Origin: Lingula anatina | Lineage: Eukaryota; Animalia; Brachiopoda | Length of the DNA: 64,000 nt | Assembly: GCA_051362555.1 (NCBI GenBank) | Contig: CM120644.1 | Coordinates: 3,976,954 to 4,040,953, forward strand | Direction of reading: 5' to 3' | In this document: positions 1 through 12,900 of the stretch, piece after piece | How positions within the stretch are numbered: position 1 is the first letter of the stretch | Layout of the letters: each line of letters opens with the position of its first letter | Notes under the pieces: model-generated | Told to the model about the DNA's origin: nothing | Databases searched by the model: none | The model's input: only the letters and a program-made list of their open reading frames with translations | Translations under genes and position numbers: made by a program

Positions 1-2538
1 ATCAGAGTTCAAGTTTATACTTAGAAAGTGCCAGAATGAGAAAAATGAAAATTTCACAAAAAATGCATAAATACAATAAACATGATAATCCAATAGAGCT
101 GGTTTTCTCATGAGCTGAAGGCCAATCCTAAAAATCGTACTTGTAAGTTTAAAATTATAATAAGTAGCACAGTTTTCTTTTCATAATGTTTGCAGTAGCA
201 GTGCAAAAAGATTGTTGTCAATTTTGATGTAACATTACATAATAAATTAGAGAATTATTATCACCAATTTTTGTTTATTGACTATAAATAGGATGGACAT
301 GTAGAAAATATGATTACCATTTGGCTTCATGTCCATGGGAGCTCCGAGTCCCACAATGAATATGCCAAAAAGATAATGAATATTACACTAAAATGTATAA
401 CTTCCAGAAAAAGAAGCCAATTAGACTGCTTTTCTAACTCAGGCTGCATTTAAGTCCTGTGTTTCTTTTTTGAAAGTTTGACAGTCATAAGTAACACGGT
501 TTTCCCATAATGGTCATCAAGGCAGCAGCACCAAAAATTGTGTTTTCTTCTATTTTGATGCAACATTACATAATGCTTAACAGCATACTGACCATCGATT
601 TTTAATAATTAAATATAAGTGTCATGGATTTTCACAAAATGTGACTAGCATGGGTCTTCAAGCCCATGGAGGTTCTAAGTCACACCTTGGAAATGCCAAT
701 ATGTGAAAAATTAAATTTTCACAAAAAACTGTTTAATTGCCAGAAAAATTTACCAAACAGACTGCATTGCCTACTGAAGCTGTATTTTAGTCCCATGTTT
801 CTTTCCTGTAAGTTTGAGAACAGTAAGTGACATGATTTTCCTTAAATGGTCATCATGGGAGCACTGCCCAAAATAGGGGTTTCTTCAAATTTTGATGCAA
901 TATTACATAATGTTTTACAGCATAATGACCATCAATTTTTAATTATAAAATATTAGTATCATGGTTATTCAGAAAATGTAACTAGCAAAAGTCTTCAGGC
1001 CCATGGAACTTCAAAGTCACATATTGAAAATGCCAAAATGTAAACAAGACAGCACTGTTCTGAAATGGGTTTATTTCCATTTTTAACACTTTTTTAACAT
1101 AAAACAAAATAAACAGTTTACTGCCATTTTTATATGACCAATGAAGAAAATTGATGAGATGGGAAAAGTATCAATAGAACAGTGTTAAATGTCCAACTTC
1201 CTCCATTCTGAGATTCTGAACATAGTGGATGAATGCATCTGAAAAACTGAATTGATATGAGTTTATTTCCATTTTTGACACTTTATTACACAATACATGA
1301 TAACAAGTTTACCATCATTTTTACAAAATCAACTAACAATGTTGTAAAGATGCAGGAAATGTCAAACAAACACTTTTACGTATCTTATTAGTTCAATAAT
1401 GAGACTGTTAACATGCTTAAGAATTGAATCTGAGGAAATGTGAAAAAAACAGTATAACTTCTAAAATAATGGCCCGATTATGCTGATTTTCGAACTCAAC
1501 CTGCGTTTTAGTAAGATTGACCACTCCTGTGAGTATAATTACAATTGGCCAATCCGTTTTTCTTATATTGTGTTATCAGTGTTGCATTTATATTGAAAAT
1601 AGTGGAAAAACAGCATAAATTCCCTCAAAATAGCCCAATCATGCTGATTTTCGAACTTGACCTGCGTATTATGAATATTCATCAGTTCTGTAAGTTTCAA
1701 GTCAAAAAGTAAAACGGTTTTCCACTTATCGTGTTATCGGTGCTGCATATATGCTGAAAAAAGTGAAAAAACAGCATAAATTACCTATAAGTGACCCGAT
1801 CATGCTGATTTTCGAACTTGACCTGCGTATTATGAATATTCATCAGTTCTGTAAGTTTCAAGTCAAAAGGTAAAATGGTTTTCCACTTATAGTGTTATCG
1901 GTGCTGCATATATGCTGAAAAAAGTGAAAAAACAGCATAAATCCCCTAAAAGTGACCCGATCATGCTGATTTTCGAACTTGACCTGCGTATTATGAATAT
2001 TCACCAGTTCTGTAAGTTTCAAGCCAAAAGCAAAAACGGTGTTCCACTTTTCGTGTTATCGGTAAAAGTGCACGACGGCGACGACGGCGCCGACGGCGAC
2101 GACGGCGACGACAGACGCAGATGATGGCTATATGTACAGACACATCTGTGTCTGTACATAAAAACAGCATAAATTCCCTAAAAGTGACCCGATCATGCTG
2201 ATTTTCGAACTTGACCTGCGTATTATGAATATTCATCAGTTCTGTAAGTTTCAAGTCAAAAGGTAAAATGGTTTTCCACTTATCGTGTTATCGGTGCTGC
2301 ATATGTGCTGAAAAAAGTGAAAAAACAGCATAAATTCCCTAAAAGTGACCCGATCATGCTGATTTACGAACTTGACCTGCGTATTATGAATATTCATCAG
2401 TTCTGCAAGTTTCAAGTCAAAAAGTAAAATGGTTTTCCACTTATCGTGTTATCGGTAAAAGTGCACGGCGACGACGGCAACGACAGACGCAGATGATGGC
2501 TATATGTACAGACACATCTGTGTCTGTACATAAAAAAG
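1..2538 (+). mobile_element. Composite Helentron/DINE-1-like non-autonomous element with internal 161-bp tandem repeats (TERT intron; truncated at window edge)
   Basis: 161-bp units (gctgattttcgaacttgacc at 1643, 1804, 1965...), then a (GACGGC)-type microsatellite and a perfect 14-bp-stem hairpin tatgtacagacaca-tc-tgtgtctgtacata followed by an A-run, present twice (2131-2160, 2503-2532). The upstream part is homologous to 7200-9400. The class is inferred from structure only. Confidence 0.65.
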
Positions 2539-2793
2539 TTTCCACTTCATTGATGTGCATAGTAGGCTTAAAGGCATTATTATTATGAATCACAGCAGGG
2601 GGAATCATTCCCACATTTTCCTTTCATTTCAGTTAAAAAACAGAACAATCAATTTAAGATGTGCTTCAAAGTTTATCATGTATCTTATATTCTTTTATGA
2701 AAGACAATTATTTCTAAATTTGCTGAAATATTTCAGTAGCATAACTATTGTATAAGATATAAGGCTGGCACCCGAACAAGAACTAAGACAAAC

Positions 2794-3808
2794 CTTGATG
2801 TAACTGAGAACATGAAGCACATTTGACAGCTGCTGTTTAACAGATAATGCCTGGAATAAGAAACAAAATATATGTACAAGATATAAAGCCTAAGGACAAT
2901 GTTTACTAAGCCAATTTGCTATTGAATCAAATGAAAATAAACAGACTACACTAAGAATAAAAATACAACAAACTAGATGATCCTGTGACTAATGAAAAAT
3001 GTCACCATATCATTACCACAAAGTGTAAACAATGAAACAAATAGAACTACAGCTACATGTATTTGCACAATTATAGTGTCATTTGAATGGTGAATTCTGA
3101 AAAACTGAAAACTTCAGAAACATAGCACATTGTTTACTGTACAGCTACATGGAAGGCTATAAAAAGTTCCAATTTATGCTCAACATGAGCTAACAAATGA
3201 ATGAGCCAACTCCATTTTTTCCTCACCTGTGTACCTATACCCAGCCCCATGCTGACTATGGGTCTCAAGGAGGACAACTTGGGCAGTAGACGTAACTGAG
3301 AACAACCCAGAGATATCCCAGCATGCATCATTTCCATGGCTTCCTTCTCGCTCATTGGAGCAAGGGTACCCAACTTTAAGAAATCTGGAATTAAAGGACC
3401 ATTTGAACCAAAATCAAACACTAACAGATGGAAACTAACTCCTATTATAATCACAATGCTATGTACTTATCAGTTATGAATAATGATTACTTGGCATGGC
3501 ATCTGCCAAGTACCATGCATGATACTGAAAATTCTCAAATCTTTTTAAGTATTCTCCTGTAAAACTGGATTCACAAAAAATAAATAATATATAAATAAAT
3601 AAACCAGAAAAGCTTTTAGAGAGCACAGAATTCAAGACAAATCATTTCTCATTATTAATGAATCAATAAATAGATCACCAAAATCTCTTGATTCTAAGTG
3701 AAAAATTTTATCAATATCTGTCCATAACCTTTTTTTGGTTTTGGCAAAACACATGTATTATTAAGTAACATACAAACAAAAACATCGCCTTTTTCGTGGA
3801 GGAAAAAA

Positions 3809-3855
<47 letters not shown>

Positions 3856-4674
3856 ACTAACCGGACACCCCCTTGGCTCTGAGTGTCATCCAGAGTCTCT
3901 TCCTGAAGTAGAAGGTGTGATACCTATAGGGCCCTGTCTCTGTGATGTAAAAGTAGGACTGAAAGAAAAACATCAAATTCCACAGAACTAAGTTACGGAA
4001 AGAGTTCAAGAGGGACAAACAGTTTTAAGAACACATATAATACAAATCTAAAATTGTTAGTTATCAATTTCAAATAGTTTATTGATAAAAGATGGTCAGA
4101 TCTATAATTTGACATTTTGTTGCACTCGATTAGTAGAATAACAGCATTATACCAATCAACTGCCATATCTGTAAGCAATGTTGTCTGTGCTAGCATGACA
4201 GGCCAAAATATAAATAATGAAATACAAAAATATGTTAATGAAATGTTGATCCTGAATTATTTCAGCTTCAATTTTCTTTTTAACAAATTACCTTCAGTGT
4301 AACCATGACAACCCTGGTCATGATCCACCACAACACCATGGCAACAAGGTTTTCCCTCACTACAGGGTTCTTTACACTCTTCAACCACTTGCAGTGAGAC
4401 ACCTGAAACATTGTGTGAAAGTTTTTTTCTCTTAATGCATAAGATTTTATATCATAATGTTTACTTGATTGTATTATTCAAACTTAATATTTCCACAGGG
4501 AAATTGCATTAAATCTTGCTGCTATCTTTATTGTAGACATATTTTAATAAATTGTGCAAAGTCTGCTGAAAACAAAACAATGGATTTTAGACAATAAAAA
4601 ACTTTATTATTAGATGCATAGAGAGTCACAAATGTGTGAATGTTAAAACAAGCAATTCTAATAGCTACCCTCTC

Positions 4675-4724
<50 letters not shown>

Positions 4725-6851
4725 CCACTTACCTTCATTTTTCTCATAATTTCACCCAGTTGTAAAGTTTCATATCTTCCAAGCCCAACAAACTTTCGAA
4801 CATCTAAGATACAAGTCAAGGTTACTAAAACTTGAACTTTTTCATAAAGATAAATAAATATATATCAGCATTACTCTAGGCTATTAATAAAAGAGTGGTA
4901 TTTTCTTGGGATAAATATATAAACTAAATTTGTCCAAATTTCACCTTCATCACAATGTGCACCACATCTTGATTTTAATTTTAATACTCAGCATCAACAT
5001 CTTAAGTCTTAACTAATCACTAAATTCTTTCAGCATTTTTAAATGCTAAAATAAAGTATCTCAAGATGAAAAAATATAAAGGATACTTTTAAGAAATACT
5101 CTTCTGTTGTAAGGAGACCCAAACAGCTGGAGTGGCACTATCCTCTTCAACAAAGATCTCAAAAATAGGTACACCTAAAACAATTAACTCTGCAATACAA
5201 TGCAATACAATATAAACAACCCAAACTACATGCTCATCATGTAGAATCAAATTAACCTTTGAAAAATTCATGTCTATTTCATTCAGCAAAACATTGAGCT
5301 TCCTTTCTAATTAAAAATGAATGTGAGATACTCTTAGGACCAAGGACCTGAGGTACACCTGGTGCAATCCTACATTTATTCATTATTATCATTCTTCTTA
5401 TTATTATTATTATTGAATATTTTAATTCCTCTTATTCTTACATACCTTATCGTCACTTTTTCAACTTATAAAAAAAAAAAAGAAAAATATTTAGAATTGC
5501 TGTATCATGTCACCTGTCTGTGTCTGGAGTGTGTTTCTAACAACTGGGCCACTGTTGGACCTCCCATCTTCCCTCTTCTAACCACCCTGTCTGCTGCTGA
5601 CTGGGAACTTTCTCCTCTACTGGGAAACCTTCTGGCTCTGGGTCTGCAGGTTTTCAACTGTGGTGCTTTGCAGTGATAGTTCAACAAGCTATATATGATG
5701 GACTTTTTCCTGAAATGTTGAGGATAGAGCTACATAATTGCACACATACAAAAAGAAAAGAGGGTGCCATTAGAATTCCTGATTCTGAATTACAAAATGC
5801 AAAATATATAAATAAACAAATGTAAATATATTACATCATCAGTGAGACTGAAATCAAAGCTTATGACCCTATACAACTATATCCATAATTATTTCATTAA
5901 GTTTTCCAAACATTCCAAATATGATCAAAATTACCCTATTTTGCAACTAGTATTAGTAACTACATTTACATGTCTAGAGACAATGACTGAATATTATAAT
6001 TTACAATCCAAAATCCAAACATTCAGTTTTGACCCACAATTTAGCAAATAAAACAAGGCAGCAAAGCTGTCAAATGTACAGACAAAAAACAGAAAATAAA
6101 GATGCAAAAAAGGTCATTTTGTCAATTTTGATGCAATAATAAATAATGCTTATAATAGCACTATCAGTCAACACCGAATTTTAATCATGCACAACAGGTA
6201 AAATGGTCAATAACATGAGCGGACCCAGAGATATTCTCTGACAGTATTCCAAAGTATCTATTTTGATCCATCCTTCATTTTGATGGTCTTCCAACAGAAG
6301 AAAAAATAGATACCAGGCAATATAAACTTAATAACCTGACTGTCTTCCGGAAGTCCCAGAAGATGGTCTCAATCTACCCTTTCAATAAGATTACAGTTTC
6401 AGGACCATGAGAGACCAAAGTCACATGATGAAAGTCTCAATATTTGAAAAATGATGACAGTGCATAAAATAATATTACATAAGTAACATAATGTTTAAAG
6501 ACATAAAAAACAATACAACTGCTTATGTGGAAATACAGAAATGTCAGAGTCTCAGGCGGATGAGAGTTAAAAGTCACAAATGCAAGTGTTTGAGAAAAAA
6601 TTATAAAGGAAAACATAACAAAACTAGAAAAGCACTCCGAGAGTGCAGACCTCTGCCAAGGTAGCAATTGTTGATTATCATTGATTTTTGTCCTCTTTGG
6701 CCCACTTCTGACAGTTCCTGAAAATTTCAGCAAAATCGGTCCATAACTTTTTGAGTTATGTTGATGATAAACAGGGGTGGAAATATAACCTCCTTGGCAG
6801 AGGTAAATATAATTCCGATGAAGCTGCTATTCAAACTTTAATCTTTCAGTT

Positions 6852-6948
<97 letters not shown>

Positions 6949-9900
6949 AACTTATTTGCAATATTAAACAAAATTTACCTGCATAATTATCACTGCTTCC
7001 TTATTATTAATCTAGCAGAGAGCTTAACCTATGGAAGTTTACAGGAAAATATCAACAAGTGTGCTTTATGTAATCTCAAATCACAAGTGTGCTTTATGTA
7101 GCCTATCAATTAGGCAAATTACTTTATAACTGAAATTAGCGAAGTGATACCCAAGGGAAATTTATAGACTGACCCTCAAAATTGTATTAAATTCAATAAT
7201 AAATGATAACCCAATTAACCTGGCTTTCTAATTTGACCTGCATGCCAATCCTAAAGTTAAATATAATAATAAATAACACAGTTTTCTTTTCATAATATTT
7301 GCAGTAGCAGTGCAAAAAGATTATTGTCAATTTTGATGTAACATTACATAATAAATTATAGAATAATTATCACCACTTTTTGATTATTGACTATAAATAG
7401 CATGAACATGTAGAAAATTTGATTACCATCCGGCTTCATGTCCATGGGAGCTCCGAGTCCCACAATGAATATGTCAAAAAGATAATGAATATTTCACTAA
7501 AATGTATAACTTCCAGAAAAAGAAGCCCATTAGACTGCTTTTCCAACTCGGGCTGCATTTTAGTCCTGTGTTTCTTTTTTGAAAGTTTGACAATCATAAG
7601 TAACACGGTTTTCCCATCATGGTCATCATGGCAGATGTGGATGATTGAATCTGACAAACTGCAATGATATGAGTTTATTTCCGTTTTGGACACTTGATTA
7701 CACAATACATGATAACAAGTTTACCATCATTTTTACATAATCAACTAACAATGTTGTAAAGATGCAGGAAATATCAAACAAACACTTTTAAGTATCTTAT
7801 TAGTTCAATAATGAGACTGTTAACATGCCTAAGAATTGAATCTGAGGAAATTTGAAAAAACAGTACAACTTCTAAAATAATGGCCCGATAATGCTGATTT
7901 TCGAACTCAACCTGCATTTTTGTAAGATTGACCACTCCTGTGAGTATAATGACAATTGGCTAAGCTGTTTTTCTTATATTGTGTTATTAATGTTGCATAT
8001 ATGTTAAAAAAAGTGAAAAAACAGCATAAAAAATTAAGAGAAAATGTAAAATAAAACATAACAAAAATACCAATAAAGCTGGTATTCAAAGTTTTAATCT
8101 AGCTGTACAATTACTAACATGATATGAATAACCCTATTGAGTTTGAGAATAATAAGGCACTGTTCTTCATCTTTAGCATTAATGTAAGCGTTACACAATA
8201 TTTTTTTTTTGTAAACTTATTTTCCATATTAAATAACATTTACCTGCATAATAATCATCGATTCCTAATTATGTGACACAGTTAAGAAAGCTAAACCGAT
8301 GGGACTTTACAATGAAATCTCAATGTGTGTTTATGTAATCTCATTTAATGCCCACTTGAAAATTAATTAAGCAAATTATTTTATAACCCTGAAATAACTT
8401 GAAAATCAATTAAGCAAATTATTTTATAACCCTGAATTAACTGCCTACTATCCATATACATTTATTGCACCAAATAGCACTGTACTGCATTGCTTTCAAA
8501 ACAGAAAACAATTACGATGGTTTTCCAACACAAGCTGCACTTCAGTCTTTTCAGTAAGGTTGATTATCATAAGTAACATGGTTTTCCCTTAATCGCTATC
8601 CTGGCAGCAGTGTCCAAAATAGGGTTTTCTTTAACTTTCATGCAATATAACATAATACTTAACAACATAATGACCATCAATTTTTTTATAAAAAAATAAA
8701 AGTATCATGGATATTCAGAAAATGTGATATGGAAAGGTCTCCAAGGACATGGAAGTTAGGGTCACACTTTCAAAACGCCAAAATGTTAACAAGAGATAAC
8801 TGTACTGAAATGATTTTCTTTCCATTTTCAACACCTTTTTTACATAAAACCATAATCAATTAACTGTCATTTTCAAATGATCAACTAGGAAAATTGTTGA
8901 CATAGGAAAAATATCAATAGAACAATTTATAATGTCCAATTAGCTCCATTTGGAGATTCTGAACATAGTGAATGATTAATCTGACGAACTGCAATGATGA
9001 GTTCCTTTCCATTTTTGATACTTTATTACACAATGCACGATAATAGGTTTACCGTCATTTTTATATAATCAACTAACAATATTGTTAAGAAGCAGAAAAT
9101 GTTAAAACAACACTTTTACATATCCAATTAGTTCCGTAATGAGACTGTTAACATGCTTAAGAATTAAATCTGAAGAAAAACCACTTATATACAAAAAGGC
9201 TAATAACTTCATCAAAACTTAACTGATCAAGCTTATTTTCAAACTTGATCTGTATACTGGTCAGATTGATCACTCCTGTGAGTTGCAAGACAAAAGGCTG
9301 ATTGGTTTTCCTTAAAATGCGTTATCAGTGTTGCATGTATGCTGAATAAAGGGAAAAAAACAGCATTACTTTTGTAAAAATAGTCCAATCATGCCAATTT
9401 TCAAACTTGACCTGCGTATTATAAATATTCACCAGTTCTGTAAATTTCAATCCAAAAGGAAAAACATTTTTACACTTATCATGTTATCGGTGTTATAAAA
9501 GTGTTGAAAAAATTGAAAAAAAAAACAAAAAAAACAAACAAACAAAAAAAAAAAACAGGATAACTTCCATAAAAATTGCTCGATCTTGCTGATTTTCAAA
9601 CTTGACCTGCATATTATGAATATTCATTAGTTCTGTAAGTTTCAAGCCAAATGAAAAAACAGTTTTCCACTTATTGCGTTATCAGTGCTGCATATATGCT
9701 GAAAAAAGTGAAAAAATAGCATAAATTCCCTAACAATAATCGAATCATGCTGATTTTCGAACTTGACTTACGTGTTATGAATATTTATCAGTTCTGCAAG
9801 TTTCAAGCCAAAAGGTAAAATGGTTTTTTCACTTATCGTGTCATCAGTGCTGCATATATGCTGAAAAAAGTGAAAAAACAGTATAAATTCCCTAAAAGTG

Positions 9901-12900
9901 ACCCGATCATGCTGATTTTCGAACTTGACCTGCGTATTATGAATATTCATCAGTTTTGTAAGTTTCAAGTCAAAAGGTAAAATGGTTTTCCACTTATTGT
10001 GTTATCAGTGCTGCATATATGCTGAAAAAAGAGAAAAAAATCGCCTAAATTCACTAAAAATGACCCAATCACGCTGATTTTCAAACTTGACCTGCATATT
10101 ATGTATATTCATCAGTTGTGTAAGTTTCAAGCCAAAAGGTAAAATGGCTTTCCACTTATCGTGTTATCGGTGATGCATATATGCTGAAAAAAGTGAAAAA
10201 ACAGCATAAATTCCCTATAATTGACCCGATCATGCTGATTTTCGAACTTGACCTGCGTATTATGAATATTCATCAGTTCTGTAAGTTTCAAGCCAAAAGG
10301 TAAAATGGTTTTCCACTTATCGTGTTATCGGTAAAAGTGCACGGCGACGACGACGGCGACGACGGCGAGGACGACAGACGCAGATAAAAAGTAAAACATT
10401 CTGATCACCTCAAATTTTCAAGTAGACAAAACAGGAGTGGTTTGACTGCACTGGTGACTGTAACATCTAGTGTAGCTTCCCTCACATCCTTTTCACTACA
10501 TTTGTCATGTGACACAGTAGCCATGGAAACTGAAGCTGCAGTGGTGACATCTATCTTTAAAAATACCTCCTCCACTAGATCATCAACACAAGTAGGGTGA
10601 AATGAGTCTGAAAACAATACATTTCATAAAATAAATTCTGTGATTTCACTAGTTTTATGAACATCAGTATACAGTCAATTAAATAAGCATTTTGCCTGTT
10701 ATAGAAAAACGTATATAATTCTAACTTTCCAGTCCACATTGAAGCACGCCAGCCCCAGAAACACACAAAAAATATTTCAAAATCTGGGAAACTTTACATA
10801 TGACAACTGGTTCCTCAGACAACATCTGGTTCCTCTACCATATAAAGAAGATAATTATAATACTAACTTGGTAGTTTTTCTCTCAAGTTCCTTGCATAGA
10901 ACATATTCTTTCTGGGCAACTGCTTGTGATGACTAAACAAGAGAGGAAACTACATGTGACAAAACTTTAGCTATCACAATGAATTAGAGTACAGTTTGTC
11001 TCAATAATGAACCCGTGGCACACTTAGAATTCTTATTTAAATATTCACAAATAGAAAACAATTTTCTAGTATTTATCTACCATTTTGCCTATGTAACACT
11101 AAAATAACAGTCAAATAACTGCAAGGCTCATTTCAAACTAAGTCACATTTCTTTTAAAAAAATGCCTAAAAGGTTGAATGCATAAAAGGATCAGGTCAAC
11201 ATGGCAAAATATTCCCTGCAAAAGTGTGTTGGTGACTGAGCACTTTCAATTAACCCTGCGATACTGACATTGGGCATAAATGGAAAAGCACTGAAATTAC
11301 CATTTTTTTTAAACCCATTTCGACGCAGATGTCCAGATGATTGAAATCAGTTGAAAGAAATCCAAACAGATACTTCCTGTTGCTGTTACATGGTCATTTT
11401 ATAACCATCAACAATCTTTTAAAATGTACCTTTTATTATAAACCAAAAACAGATTTCATACTGACATATATATAACAGGTGCTTGTAATCTGACTCACCT
11501 ATAATGTTGAACTTTTTGAGAGTCCACAATGATTTTTGGCCTTTTGCATGGAATATCATCCATCATTCCATCAATACCCTGACTGTCAGGTTGTTCACAA
11601 CTAGGATGCAGCGCCTTCTCTGAGAAAAAAATGTTTTAAAGTTGACTGGATGCAATACAGTGCATATAAAACCTTGACTGCGATCTAAGAGTGGAACTTT
11701 TCTTCTGAAAACAATCTTTCAAGCAAACATTCAAACAACTGTATGAAAATAACATAAACACACAGTATTAATTCTGAACAATACCATAAAGTTAATTTAT
11801 TCACCAACAAAAGAAACTGTTTTAAAAGTATGAAAATGTGACACTACAACTACTATAACTATATCTATCTAAGCCTGCTAACAATACTCAATACTTAAAT
11901 GATGATATTAATGCACAAATTACGATAATTACACTGTGAACTGTCCAATTTCTTCTCTAGAAGTGCTTTCATCTCATTTACTTACACATAGCTTTAATTT
12001 ATTGTGCAAATTGTTCCATATCTTTTGTCTAAGATATGAGATATATTTTGTCCATGTCAAAAAATAAGTAATAAATAAATAAGTTAAAAATAAAGACCTT
12101 TACTTTGCTGCTTTCCATCCATTGTCCTTTTCCTCTTCCCCATGTTAGAAACCATCCCTGTGATATCTTTTCCACCATAATGGCAGGTGGGGTTTAGTTG
12201 TGAACATGTACCTTCTATCCTAGATATCATATCATACACTGGAACACCTGTAGTATCAAATCAAAATGACACTAAGTATACCCAGCACTTCAAATTAAGA
12301 AGAAACATACCACATACATATACTAGAGTATAGAAAAGTACTCTTTCAAATGGTGTAAAAAATATTTTCAGTACTATTCTCTTAAATGTTGTGGGGGGGG
12401 GGGGGGGAGACTTTTCTTCATATAAATCCTATTTTTGCTAAATTTCAAGTCATCTGTGACTTTTTTTGAAAAAAAAATCATCACCACATTAAAATATTAA
12501 TCCCATTTAACCTGTTATTTGTATATAGGAGTCTTGACCAACTGGCACAAACATTGACTGTCTCTCTAGAAGATACATCATCAGCTGGTCACCTATCCTG
12601 AAAATATCATAGAAAAAGTAAAAAATTAGAAATGCCAGGAACAACACATGTATTTCACAGTAAGGGACATAATGATATCTGACATGAGCCTAACACAGAT
12701 ATCTTTACATGCATAAACTACGATAACAGTGACTAATGACTCTTATAAATCTTCCACATAAAGCTATATATTATTTGGTAATCATTAAAAAAATTTCAGT
12801 CTTTGCAGCCTTTCTTGTGCTTTTACTGTAATACAACTACATATATAGGCTAGACTTCTTTTCAAATTTGATGTTATATATATGAGATGCAACAGTGTGT

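Noticed and set aside
1440-2460. Regular repeats resembling a CRISPR array; ORFs 1912-2124, 1991-2254 (poly-Arg) and 9768-9968
   Set aside because: The units are 161-bp tandem copies without unique spacers in a eukaryotic intron; the ORFs are translations of satellite and microsatellite sequence.
8357-8442. Tandem duplication of about 41 bp
   Set aside because: Ordinary local slippage inside a repeat element.
11620-11704. Longer TERT exon using the upstream acceptor near 11705
   Set aside because: It breaks the reading frame; the acceptor at 11620/11619 keeps phase.
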